58,335 bases of DNA. Source: Candidatus Daviesbacteria bacterium. Lineage in GTDB: Bacteria > Patescibacteriota > Microgenomatia > Daviesbacterales > UBA10151. The DNA is taken from NCBI GenBank assembly GCA_016195715.1, contig JACPZA010000031.1, forward strand, positions 1 through 58,335, given 5' to 3'. The notes beneath the pieces are model-generated. The model saw only the letters and a list, made by a program, of their open reading frames with translations, made no database searches and was not told the origin of the DNA. Below are positions 37,915 through 47,276 of the stretch, one piece after another (position 1 is the first letter of the stretch; each line of letters opens with the position of its first letter). The position numbers and the translations under genes are program-made.

Positions 37915-39048
37915 ATGAGTACTGAAAAAAGATCATTTGTTCCATATGGAGATAGAATTGCCACAGTTGTTGGGGGCAAGGGCCAACTAGGAAGAAAGAT
38001 AGTCACTGGTTTAGAATCTCTCAGTTTCAAACAAGTAAGAGTGTGCGAAACAGGAGATCCTTTTCTGACTTTTGTTGACCAATCCACAGATTTATTCTTT
38101 GCTGTTGACGATAGACAAATAATTTCTATGTTGCAAGCCAGCCATGATCTGTTGCAACCTTCCCACTCAATTCTTGACGGATCAAGTGTTAAAGAACCTT
38201 TGATAACAACTTATAGAGAACTGGATTATGCAAAAATTAGTGTTTGTTCAACCCATCTTGGAGCTGTCCCAACTCAACCATGGAGAGGAATCAAAGTATG
38301 GGTGTGTGAGGTTGGTCCAAATTCAGAACAAGCAAAAAGATTGGCAGTAGATCTTTTTTTATCAACAAACTCATCTATTCAAACAATTAATATTGACGAT
38401 CATAAAAATGTTGAAAGAGACCAATGGATAACTATGGCAATAGCTCATGTAGTAGCTGGAGCTCTAAGAGCTTCTGATTTCACCTTAAATCAATTTGACA
38501 GTTATTCAACCCTTAATGCAGAGTTGCTTGCTTTACCAGTAGGTAGAACACTCGGTCAAGGAACGAAAATACCTAGTGAAGTTCTATTTAATCAACCAAA
38601 GAAATCAGATTTTCTTGCAACTTTAAAAGAGGGCATTTCTCAGCTTGAACAATCATTAGACGATAGGGCTACTTTACAAGAATTAATGCAGCAAAATATT
38701 GATTTTCACAACAATCCTGATGGATTTGTGAACGCTCTTTTTAAAAAGGCTGGGATTATTGGAGCGAGAAATGCAAATATAAGAATGCACAAATTTAGCT
38801 TTCGCATTACCGATGATCAGCCTGGAGTTCTCCGTAGAATATTAGAACCTTTTTATGATGAAGGGGCAAATTTGACTGCCATTGATTCCATGCCTGGAAC
38901 TATTTCAGACGAGGAAAGAAGTAAGGGAGTTAACCCAGACAAAGTTGTTGATTTCGACATTGGAATTGATCCAAAAACGATAGATCCAGAGAAAGAGGAA
39001 AGAATTAAAAAAGGATTAATAGAGCTTGGCTGTACAGTTAGTGAGTGA
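37915..39048 (+). CDS. Divergent prephenate/arogenate dehydrogenase-like (TyrA) protein with C-terminal ACT domain
   Basis: VVGGKGQLG Rossmann motif, DGSSVK, STH, DH...Q....H; ACT motif DQPGVLRRIL..F...GANLTAIDS.P. Confidence 0.7.
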   Translation: MSTEKRSFVPYGDRIATVVGGKGQLGRKIVTGLESLSFKQVRVCETGDPFLTFVDQSTDLFFAVDDRQIISMLQASHDLLQPSHSILDGSSVKEPLITTYRELDYAKISVCSTHLGAVPTQPWRGIKVWVCEVGPNSEQAKRLAVDLFLSTNSSIQTINIDDHKNVERDQWITMAIAHVVAGALRASDFTLNQFDSYSTLNAELLALPVGRTLGQGTKIPSEVLFNQPKKSDFLATLKEGISQLEQSLDDRATLQELMQQNIDFHNNPDGFVNALFKKAGIIGARNANIRMHKFSFRITDDQPGVLRRILEPFYDEGANLTAIDSMPGTISDEERSKGVNPDKVVDFDIGIDPKTIDPEKEERIKKGLIELGCTVSE

Positions 39049-39054
39049 TTAGAA

Positions 39055-39138
39055 AGAGAGTCGAACACTTGTCGAACCATTTTTGAGGCTAAAAAATGAC
39101 TGTCCCAAAAACTACTGAATTAGTCGAACACAACTCGA
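39055..39138. repeat. TCGAAC direct repeats and a 12-bp copy of the tRNA T-arm (possible att/arm-site remnant)
   Basis: agagagtcgaac at 39055 equals 39176-39187; tcgaac-n5-tcgaac at 39061; tcgaac-n5-tcgaag at 39124. Confidence 0.5.
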
Positions 39139-39163
39139 AGCTAGCTTTTTACCTTGACGCACT

Positions 39164-39249
39164 TGGTGCTGCGGGAGAGAGTCGAACTCTCACGATGTTG
39201 CCATCAGTGGTTTTTGAGACCACCCTGTATACCATTCCAGCACCGCAGC
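39164..39249 (-). tRNA. tRNA-Leu(CAA)
   Basis: gctgcgg/ccgcagc acceptor stem with ACCA, anticodon arm gtggt-ctCAAaa-accac, long variable arm, GTTCGAC T-loop. Confidence 0.97.
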
Positions 39250-39316
39250 TTTAAAGTGAATTATATCTTACCTTATTTGAATTTGACAATTTAGGCAAGA
39301 AAAATTATATTGTAGC

Positions 39317-40813
39317 GTGCTGCTAAGTAAGATTGCAGCTGTTTTTATGGCTCTAAAGATTCAATTAGTTACTAAACCACTTTCAGAAATTAAAGCTGAC
39401 TTTATAGTTTTGCCAATTTTTGAAGAGGAAAAACCCAGCTTCACCGTCAATTTAATAAATGACTTTTTAACTGATAATCCTAAATTTGGCAAATTATTTG
39501 AATCTCAATTACTTTATCAAAAAGATAAAAAAATCTTACTTTTAGGTGTAGGGAAAAAATCCAAATATAGCTTTGAAACTCTGCAAAATTGGACTGGAGC
39601 GGCAATCAAAAGTTTATCTACAAAAGCAAAATTAATTAGCCTAGTTTTACCAAAAAGTGAAGTTTTATCTGCAGAGGAGTGTGGTGAAGCCATAGCTATT
39701 GGAGCAGAAATTGCTTTATATGATCCAGGCAAGGGCTATAAATCTGATTATCAAAATCCCAAATTGATTTCTCTTGAAGTAGTAGTCGAGCGAGCAGAAA
39801 AGGGTTACCAGGAAGGTTTGAGAAAAGGAGCAGTAATCGGTGAGGCAATTAATTTAGTTAGAAGACTTGGGGACATGCCGGCAAATGAGATGACTCCAAA
39901 TTACTTTTTAGATGTAGTTAAAAAGATTGCTAAAGAGCAAAAATTAAAATTAACTGTTTTAACCGAAAGCCAAGCTAAGAAAAAAGGCATGGGAGCTTTT
40001 GTAGGAGTAGCACAAGGATCTAGTGAACCATCATATATGATGGCACTTGAATATAAAGGGGATTTTAAATCCAAAGAAAAATGGGGACTAGTGGGAAAAG
40101 GAATTACTTATGATAGTGGAGGAGTTTCGCTTAAACCTTCTGATAAGTTACTTGAGATGAAATATGATATGTTGGGTGCTGCGACAGTTTTAGCTACAAT
40201 TATGGTGGTAGCCAAGCTTGGACTAAAAACTAATCTAGTCTCAGTGATGCCAGTCACTGAAAATATGATTGGTGGGAAAGCTTTTAAGCCAGATGATATT
40301 TTAAGGATGTATTCTGGAAAAACTGTGGAAATTATCACTACTGATGCTGAAGGCAGACTTGTCTTAGCAGATGGCTTAACCTTTGCTCAAAGAGATTTTA
40401 AAGCTACCAAATTAATTGATATTGCTCTTTTAACAGGAGCTGTAGTAATTGCTTTGGGAGATTTTATAACTGGTGCTTTTTCTAATAATTCTTTATTTAT
40501 TAAACAATTAATTGAAGCTGGTAAAAAAGTCGGGGAAAAGTATTGGGAATTACCTATGGATGAAGAGTTTGATGAAATGGTTAAAGGTAAGTTTGCAGAT
40601 TTAGATAATGTTGGACATGGTGGATCAATTGGCACCAGAACTGCTGGTCCAACCATGGGAGCAAAGTTTTTAGAAGCTGCAATTGAAGGAAATAAGCCTT
40701 GGATTCATTTAGATATTGGTGGTACATCAACAGATATGAAAGATAGAAGCTTTAGAAAGTTGGGTGCAACTGGAGTTGGAGTCAAAACTTTGGTAAAGTT
40801 ATTAGAAAGCTAG
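39317..40813 (+). CDS. pepA: Leucyl aminopeptidase (M17)
   Basis: VGKGITYDSGG, MKYDM, TDAEGRL, WIHLDI; promoter TTGACA(39283)-17-TATATT; start GTG 39317 or ATG 39347. Confidence 0.95.
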   Translation: MLLSKIAAVFMALKIQLVTKPLSEIKADFIVLPIFEEEKPSFTVNLINDFLTDNPKFGKLFESQLLYQKDKKILLLGVGKKSKYSFETLQNWTGAAIKSLSTKAKLISLVLPKSEVLSAEECGEAIAIGAEIALYDPGKGYKSDYQNPKLISLEVVVERAEKGYQEGLRKGAVIGEAINLVRRLGDMPANEMTPNYFLDVVKKIAKEQKLKLTVLTESQAKKKGMGAFVGVAQGSSEPSYMMALEYKGDFKSKEKWGLVGKGITYDSGGVSLKPSDKLLEMKYDMLGAATVLATIMVVAKLGLKTNLVSVMPVTENMIGGKAFKPDDILRMYSGKTVEIITTDAEGRLVLADGLTFAQRDFKATKLIDIALLTGAVVIALGDFITGAFSNNSLFIKQLIEAGKKVGEKYWELPMDEEFDEMVKGKFADLDNVGHGGSIGTRTAGPTMGAKFLEAAIEGNKPWIHLDIGGTSTDMKDRSFRKLGATGVGVKTLVKLLES

Positions 40814-40816
40814 ATT

Positions 40817-41377
40817 ATGTTAAATGTGACAGAGCTTCGTAGTGGAGCAGTATTTAAAGAAGCTGGGAATTTTTTACAAGTGCTTTCATATGAGCATATT
40901 AAAATGGGTCGAGGCTCAGGTAATGTGAAAGTTAAAGTTAAAAATTTAAAAACTGGATCGACTACTGAGAAATCTTTTATTACTGGAGCCAGAGTAGATG
41001 AGGCAAATGTTGAGAAAAGAAAAGCTCAGTTTTTGTATCAAGATGGTGAGATTTTCAACTTCATGGATCCAGTTAGTTTTGAACAATATTCTTTGCCTAA
41101 GCAAGTAGTTTCAGATGCTTATAAATTTTTAAGAGATGGGTTAGAAGTTAATTTATTAGTCGTTGATGGGGAGCCGTTGGCTGTTGAGCTACCTTTGAGT
41201 TTAGTATATTCAATTTCAGAAACTGGACCAGAAGAAAAAGGTAATACTGTTTCTAGCGTTTATAAAGAAGCTGTTTTGGATAATGGATTGATTATTAAAG
41301 TCCCAATGTTTATGAAAGTTGGCGAGCATGTTAAAGTAGATACTAGAACAGGTCAATATGTAGAGCGGGTCAAGTAA
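40817..41377 (+). CDS. efp: Elongation factor P
   Basis: HIKMGRG loop, QFLY.DG...FMD..SFEQ, KVDTRTGQYVER. Confidence 0.96.
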   Translation: MLNVTELRSGAVFKEAGNFLQVLSYEHIKMGRGSGNVKVKVKNLKTGSTTEKSFITGARVDEANVEKRKAQFLYQDGEIFNFMDPVSFEQYSLPKQVVSDAYKFLRDGLEVNLLVVDGEPLAVELPLSLVYSISETGPEEKGNTVSSVYKEAVLDNGLIIKVPMFMKVGEHVKVDTRTGQYVERVK

Positions 41378-41383
41378 AAGAAG

Positions 41384-42274
41384 ATGAAAAAAATTAAAAA
41401 AGCATTAATTCCAGCTGCAGGATTTGGAACTAGGTTTTTGCCTCAAACCAAAGCCATGCCTAAAGAGATGATGCCTTTGGTGGATAAACCCATAATTCAG
41501 CGAGTAGTTGAAGAGCTAGTTGAGGCTGGAATAGAAACAATTGTTATTATCACCGGTTGGAACAAGCGTTCAATTGAAGATCATTTTGACCATCAATTTG
41601 AATTAGAAGAAAAACTGGCTCGAAGTGGAAAAACCAAAGAGCTGGAGATGGTTCAAAAAATCTCAGATTTAGCTGAATTTGTTTATATTCGTCAAAAAGG
41701 TGTTTCTGGTAATGCTACACCAATTTTAAATGCTCGTCATATTATGAACAATGATCCATTTATGGTTTTTTGGGGGGATGATTTTGTGGATGCTACTCCA
41801 TCCAGGGCCAAACAGCTAATTGAAGCTTATGAAAAATATCAATCCACAATTCTTGGAGCTACTAAAGCCAAATCTGATGAATACTATAGAAAGTATGGTT
41901 TTGCTGGCGGAGAAAAGCAAGCAGATGGTGTAATTAAAGTTGACAAGGTTGTGGAAAAGCCAGGTAGTAAAGAAAACTCCCCATCTGATTTAGCAATAAT
42001 TTCTGGTTTTATTTTTACTCCAGAAATTTATGATTTCTTAGAAGAAGCAAAAAAAAATTTGGGAGAAAATGAAGAACTAGTTTATACTTTAGGTCTTCAA
42101 AAAATGATTGATCAGGGTATTCCAGTTCATGCGCTAGAGATTCAAAATGGTGTTTATCGAGATACTGGAAATAAATTAGAATATTTAAAAACTTTGGTTG
42201 AATATGGTTTAAGTCACAATGGATTGGGTAAAGAATTTGCTGAATATTTAAAAGCTTTAACTAAAACTCTTTAA
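41384..42274 (+). CDS. galU: UTP--glucose-1-phosphate uridylyltransferase
   Basis: PAAGFGTRFLPQTKAMPKEM, IEDHFD, VEKP. Confidence 0.93.
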   Translation: MKKIKKALIPAAGFGTRFLPQTKAMPKEMMPLVDKPIIQRVVEELVEAGIETIVIITGWNKRSIEDHFDHQFELEEKLARSGKTKELEMVQKISDLAEFVYIRQKGVSGNATPILNARHIMNNDPFMVFWGDDFVDATPSRAKQLIEAYEKYQSTILGATKAKSDEYYRKYGFAGGEKQADGVIKVDKVVEKPGSKENSPSDLAIISGFIFTPEIYDFLEEAKKNLGENEELVYTLGLQKMIDQGIPVHALEIQNGVYRDTGNKLEYLKTLVEYGLSHNGLGKEFAEYLKALTKTL

Positions 42275-42276
42275 GA

Positions 42277-42717
42277 TTAAATTCTTTTTAAAATAATCAC
42301 CAATAAAAAAACTGCCACTACTTGGGTGACAATTCCCCAAGGTAGCTTAGCTTTTCCTTGAATTGAAGACATAAATTTATAAATCCAGGAAAAAGGGGGA
42401 AAGCGCCAGTTCAAAAACCAATAAGGAGCTTCAATAATATCCAGAGCTTCTGAAGCTAAAACACAAGTTACAAAATAGCCAAAATTAACTCTTTGCCCAA
42501 AGATTAGATAAGATAATATAAATCCTAAACAGAGATCAAAAGCCGCCTCTAGGAAAAATTTCAACTTAGTTTTTTTTCTCCAACCCCAACCAAAATCCCA
42601 ATGGGGAACCATATCTAAAACTATGTGGGAAGTTAACGCTAAACTTACACCCAAGACTGGATCAGGAATTGTGGCTGCAATTGCTCCACCAACCAGAGCA
42701 TGGGTTGTAGCGGTCAT
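42277..42717 (-). CDS. Membrane protein with His/Asp motifs (putative metal-dependent hydrolase)
   Basis: TTHALVG, SHIVLDMVPHWD; several TM segments. Confidence 0.65.
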   Translation of the reverse strand: MTATTHALVGGAIAATIPDPVLGVSLALTSHIVLDMVPHWDFGWGWRKKTKLKFFLEAAFDLCLGFILSYLIFGQRVNFGYFVTCVLASEALDIIEAPYWFLNWRFPPFSWIYKFMSSIQGKAKLPWGIVTQVVAVFLLVIILKRI

Positions 42718-42777
42718 AATGGCCAGTATATCCCAATTGGTCAAAGTCAGTCAAATTTGGTAATATTGAGCAAGCAA

Positions 42778-43692
42778 ATGTATCCAATTCTGTTTAAAAT
42801 TGGTTCTTTATCTATCTCTTCCTTTGGACTCTTTCTATCTTTAGGACTACTTTTTGGCACTTTTATTATTTGGAGACTTTCTAAAGTTTATGATTTAGAT
42901 CCAGAGAAAACTTTAGATTTAATATTTCTGACTTTTTTTGGAGGGATTATTGGGGGAAGGCTTTATTATGTTTTATTCCATTTATCCGAATTTAAAAATT
43001 TAACTAGAATTTTTTTGATTAACCGTTACCCAGGCTTGTCTTTTTGGGGAGGCTTTTTTATTGGCTTTTTAATTTTAAATTATTTAACAAAGAGACAAAA
43101 ATTAAATTTTTGGTTAGTGGCAGATTTAGCTGCTGTAGGTTTTTTTGCAGGTTTAAGCTTAGGAAGCTTAGGTTGTCTTTTGGGTAGCTGTCAATACGGA
43201 GTAACATCAAATTTACCCTTTGCAGTTACTCAAATTGGGGTAATTGGCGGGAGGTTACCAGTTCAATTTGGTTATTTTATATTATTTTTACTGGCTTTAA
43301 TTTTTCTTTGGCGAATGTGTTTAAGATTTCATTTTACAGGCAAAGTTGCATCTGTTGCATTGATTCTGCTTGGCTTAATCAAGTTTCCACTAGATTTTTA
43401 CCGTGGCGACGAACCTAAAGTTTTAGGAAATTTTAACGAGGGACATTTCTTTGCTGTCTTCTCAGCTCTTTTAGGAATTGTTATCTATTACAGGCAAAGC
43501 AAAAAGTCCTTTATTACCGACTTAAAGTTTTTAGCCTATTTTTTTATAAATTCAAAAGTTAGGAATACTACACTATCAAAGTTTAATAAGACTTGGTATA
43601 ATCTTAAAGTTAATTTTAGGATTTCTTATCTAAATTTCAAAAAACAACTATTTAAAAAATTAAATGTTAAATCTAACCCGAACCAATTTTAA
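42778..43692 (+). CDS. lgt: Lgt-family protein with degenerate catalytic motifs
   Basis: MYPILFKIG start, GGRLYYV, GLSFWGG, P.Q, DFYRGD. Confidence 0.78.
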   Translation: MYPILFKIGSLSISSFGLFLSLGLLFGTFIIWRLSKVYDLDPEKTLDLIFLTFFGGIIGGRLYYVLFHLSEFKNLTRIFLINRYPGLSFWGGFFIGFLILNYLTKRQKLNFWLVADLAAVGFFAGLSLGSLGCLLGSCQYGVTSNLPFAVTQIGVIGGRLPVQFGYFILFLLALIFLWRMCLRFHFTGKVASVALILLGLIKFPLDFYRGDEPKVLGNFNEGHFFAVFSALLGIVIYYRQSKKSFITDLKFLAYFFINSKVRNTTLSKFNKTWYNLKVNFRISYLNFKKQLFKKLNVKSNPNQF

Positions 43693-44023
43693 CTCTATAA
43701 AAAATAAGCTTCTTAGACAAAAGCAAAAAGTTGAAGGAGAACTTAGAGAACTAGATAAAAAAGATCCAGTCATGTTAGACGGGTTGGCTGAAAGCAGTGA
43801 ACCTGGAACTGAGTCGTGGATGGCTGATGTGCACAATCAAGTGGTAGCAGTTAAGCAAAATTTACATGCGCTTCTTTCTAAAATTAAAAAATCTTTAGTT
43901 AATTTAAAAACTGGCAAATATGGAAAGTGTGAAGTTTGTGGTAAGATTATTGAAAGAGCTAGACTTGAAGCTATGCCAACTGCAACTGATTGTTTATCAT
44001 GTTCTAAAAAAGCTTTCAAATGA
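43664..44023 (+). CDS. TraR/DksA C4 zinc-finger protein
   Basis: Coiled coil plus YGKCEVCG..I...RLEAMP....CLSC. Confidence 0.92.
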   Translation: MLNLTRTNFNSIKNKLLRQKQKVEGELRELDKKDPVMLDGLAESSEPGTESWMADVHNQVVAVKQNLHALLSKIKKSLVNLKTGKYGKCEVCGKIIERARLEAMPTATDCLSCSKKAFK

Positions 44024-44033
44024 TCTTCTAGTT

Positions 44034-44080
44034 AAAACTTATATAACCCTCATGTTTACTTCTTACAAAACTTATCTAAC
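44034..44080 (+). promoter_or_regulatory. 14-bp direct repeat upstream of the ammonia-lyase operon
   Basis: aaaacttatataac (44034) / aaaacttatctaac (44067), 33-bp period. Confidence 0.45.
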
Positions 44081-44116
44081 TATTAATTTTGGGGCAAAAA
44101 ATATAGATCTTTTAAT

Positions 44117-45808
44117 ATGATGAGTAGTTCCTCTAAAAAATATTCTGACAAATATGTAATTGCAATTGACAAAGAGATCACTTATCAACCTCAAAAAATT
44201 GTTCTAAATGGAAAAAACTTAACGATTCAAGAAGTTTTAGCTGTTTCTAGAAATAAATTTAACTTCGAACTCACTACAGATTCTAAGGTGATTAATAGAA
44301 TAGAAGAATGCTTTCAAAAGATGATGGAGGATGTCAAAAATGGTGTGCCAGTTTATGGGGCTAATACAGGTTATGGTGCCCAAGCTTCTAGAGTATTAAC
44401 TCAGGGTTCACCAACAGAGCGGGTTAATTTGGCTAAATTGATCTCAGAAGGGATTGCGCATGTTGATGTAACAGTTGGGCCAACTTTTTCAGCTGATGTA
44501 ATAAGGGCAGCGATATTGATCAGGATTAATATGCTAATGCAGGGTGTAAGTGGGATTAAAATAGATGATTTAAAAATTTATCAGCAACTTTTAAATAATC
44601 AAATAACCCCAGTCGTCAATCAATATGGAGGAATTGGAGCCTCTGGAGACTTAGCTCACAATGGTCGGGTTTTAAGTGCTGCTCGAGGTTTAAAAGGGGT
44701 TCAGGTTTGGAATAAAACAGGCAAAATTGTCGAGGCCAGTGAAGCTTTAAAAAAAGCTCATATTCCACTGCTAAATTTAAACCCTAAAGCAGGATTAGGA
44801 CTTGTGAATGGAGATAATTTTTCATCAGCACTGGCACTTCTTTTAACTGTTGATACTTTGGAATTATTGCTGATTAGTACAGTTGTAGGTGCAATGATGA
44901 TTGAGGTTTTGCATGGAACAGACAGATCTTTTCATCCCGTATTAAGCGAGGTGCGTCCACATCCAGGACAAAGAGAAGTTGCTAGTCTGTATAGATATTT
45001 ACTCAAGGGAAGCAAATTGGCTTACCAGGAGATGTCCGGACATCAGTTAAGACCAGATGGCATTAAGGTTCAGGATGCTTATAGTTTAAGAGGAATTTCT
45101 CAATATCAAGGTGTTAATTTTGAAAAGATTAAATCACTTCTGGAAATAATTGAAATTAATATTAACTCAGTTTCTGATAATCCTCTTTGGGTACCTCCCG
45201 AATACACCGTAGACGATGAAAAACCCTGGCAATGGGTGAGTGGGGGAAATTTTTTAGCAATGCATATGGTAGAAGTTATGGATTCCCTTAGAAAAATTAT
45301 GACCCAAATTGTAAAGTTAAATGATCGTCATCTAGCTAGACTTGTTAATCCAAACGATAATAATGGTTTACCTCCTAATTTATCAGATAAGTCAGCTATA
45401 ACAGGTTGTGCGTTTAAGGGTGTACAAATTCAATCAGGTATGTTTGAGGTTTATTCATCGCTTTTGTCAATTCCAGTAAGTACTTTTTTTGGAGTTCATG
45501 AAGAGGGAAATCAAGATATAACTTCGCATGCTCTAACTTCTGGAATTTTTGGTTTGGAAAATTTAAGAATTGCTAGGTACTCAATAGCTCAAAATTTATT
45601 AGCAGTTGCTCAAGCTGTAGATTTTCGAGGAGGAATAACTAAGCTGTCCCCAAAAACTCAAGCAGTTTATAAGCTAATTCGAGATAGTGTAGATTACTTA
45701 GGAGAGGAAAAACCCTTGAATAATGATATTGAAGCTATCTATCAAGCTCTTATTAATGGTGATTTAATTAATTTAATTAGAGAGAAAGTTTTTAGTGAGT
45801 ACAGCTAA
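44117..45808 (+). CDS. MIO-dependent aromatic amino acid ammonia-lyase/aminomutase, probably Tyr-preferring
   Basis: VYGANTGYG, GASGDL (ASG MIO), LVNG, QDAYSLR, NSVSDNP, SGGNF, NNGLP, HEEGNQD. Confidence 0.93.
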   Translation: MMSSSSKKYSDKYVIAIDKEITYQPQKIVLNGKNLTIQEVLAVSRNKFNFELTTDSKVINRIEECFQKMMEDVKNGVPVYGANTGYGAQASRVLTQGSPTERVNLAKLISEGIAHVDVTVGPTFSADVIRAAILIRINMLMQGVSGIKIDDLKIYQQLLNNQITPVVNQYGGIGASGDLAHNGRVLSAARGLKGVQVWNKTGKIVEASEALKKAHIPLLNLNPKAGLGLVNGDNFSSALALLLTVDTLELLLISTVVGAMMIEVLHGTDRSFHPVLSEVRPHPGQREVASLYRYLLKGSKLAYQEMSGHQLRPDGIKVQDAYSLRGISQYQGVNFEKIKSLLEIIEININSVSDNPLWVPPEYTVDDEKPWQWVSGGNFLAMHMVEVMDSLRKIMTQIVKLNDRHLARLVNPNDNNGLPPNLSDKSAITGCAFKGVQIQSGMFEVYSSLLSIPVSTFFGVHEEGNQDITSHALTSGIFGLENLRIARYSIAQNLLAVAQAVDFRGGITKLSPKTQAVYKLIRDSVDYLGEEKPLNNDIEAIYQALINGDLINLIREKVFSEYS

Positions 45809-47276
45809 TCATCTAAAAAAGTCAAATCAATTACTGTTTAAAAATTGGCTATTCAACCAATCCTTTTATGATACTAGCTTATTAAAAAATGAAGCTTTGC
45901 TTATAAAGATTGCTAAACAAAAAGCTTTAAAGTTATTTCATAGTGCAGCGCTTAGAGTTCCGGCATATAAAGATTTTTTAAAAAAAAAATCTATTAAACC
46001 TTCTTTAATTAAAACCTTTGCTGATTTTGAAAAAATCCCTGTAACTTCTAAAGAAAATTATATTGAGACTTATTCTATGAAGGAGCGGTGTTGGGATGGT
46101 CAACTTGAAGGTATGCACATGATCTCAACAAGTTCTGGTACAACTGGTAAACCACTTCTTTGGCCTAGGGACTTAATTAGCGAAATTGAGGGAGCATTTG
46201 CTCATGAACTAATTTTGAAAAATATTTTTTCTGTGGATAAAAAAAAGACTTTATTTTTAAATGGTTTTGCCATGGGGAATTGGATTGCTGGTACTTTTAC
46301 AACAGCTTGTGTTAATTTGGTTTCTTGGAAAGGTTATAAGCTAACTTTGATGACTCCAGGCTATGTCTTAAAAGCCATCGTAGATATTTTGCAAGAAGAG
46401 TTCATAAATGACTTTGATCAAATTATCCTAACTGGGCATACACCTTTTTTAAAAGAAATAGTTGAAGAAATTGTTAAACAAAAGATTAATTTAACTAAAA
46501 TTGATTTTCGGTTGCTTGGAACTGGACAAGCAATTAGTGAAAATTGGCGCGATTATTTAATTAATCTTTTAAAAGGCGATGAAACTTCAGTTATTAATCT
46601 CTATGGATCTGCTGATGCAGCTTTGATGGGATTTGAAACTCCCTTATCAATCAAAATTAGAAAATTTATCTTTGCAAATCAAAACATAAATAAAAAACTT
46701 TTTCAAAAAAATAGATTTCCATCAATTTATAATTTTGATCCAAGACTAACTTTTTTTGAGGCAATTGATGGAGAACTTTGTATTACCAAAAATTCTGGTT
46801 GTCCATTAATTAAATATAATATTCATGATGAAGGAGGAGTGTTAAAAAATCAGGAATTGAGTAGTTTACTGAGTGAAGATGTAGAATTTCAACTCCCATT
46901 TGTTTATTTATTTGGTAGAGAAAAGTTCATGGTAAAATTTTTTGGAGCCAATCTTTATTCAGAACATATCCAATTTGCTCTCAATCACCAAAAGCTTCAA
47001 CCATTTATCACTGGAAGGTATTTAGCAGAAGTGGGGACTGATGAATCTCATAATGATAAATTAATTTTTAAGATTGAATTAGCCAGTGGAGTAAACCAAG
47101 AGGAGAATTTAGTTAAATTAATACAAGAAACTTTTATGAATGAAGTTAAAAAAATAAATAGTGAGTATGATTATGTACTAAATCAAATGGGAGTGAAAGC
47201 AATACCAGAGATAAATTTATTTGAACACGGACATCCAGATTATTTTCCTTTAGATAAAATCAAAAAAAATGGTTAA
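45795..47276 (+). CDS. PaaK/phenylacetate-CoA-ligase-like adenylate-forming enzyme
   Basis: VPAYKDFL, TSSGTTGKP, YGSAD, PLIKYNIHD, FGR, terminal KIK. Confidence 0.88.
   Translation: MSTANHLKKSNQLLFKNWLFNQSFYDTSLLKNEALLIKIAKQKALKLFHSAALRVPAYKDFLKKKSIKPSLIKTFADFEKIPVTSKENYIETYSMKERCWDGQLEGMHMISTSSGTTGKPLLWPRDLISEIEGAFAHELILKNIFSVDKKKTLFLNGFAMGNWIAGTFTTACVNLVSWKGYKLTLMTPGYVLKAIVDILQEEFINDFDQIILTGHTPFLKEIVEEIVKQKINLTKIDFRLLGTGQAISENWRDYLINLLKGDETSVINLYGSADAALMGFETPLSIKIRKFIFANQNINKKLFQKNRFPSIYNFDPRLTFFEAIDGELCITKNSGCPLIKYNIHDEGGVLKNQELSSLLSEDVEFQLPFVYLFGREKFMVKFFGANLYSEHIQFALNHQKLQPFITGRYLAEVGTDESHNDKLIFKIELASGVNQEENLVKLIQETFMNEVKKINSEYDYVLNQMGVKAIPEINLFEHGHPDYFPLDKIKKNG

Noticed and set aside
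39063-39077. GAAC-N7-GAAC resembling an alphaproteobacterial LexA box
   Set aside because: It lies between convergent 3' ends, not in a promoter, and the lineage does not fit
44117-45808. Annotation as hutH (histidine utilisation)
   Set aside because: Lacks the HAL Ser-His pair and hut neighbours; the context is biosynthetic
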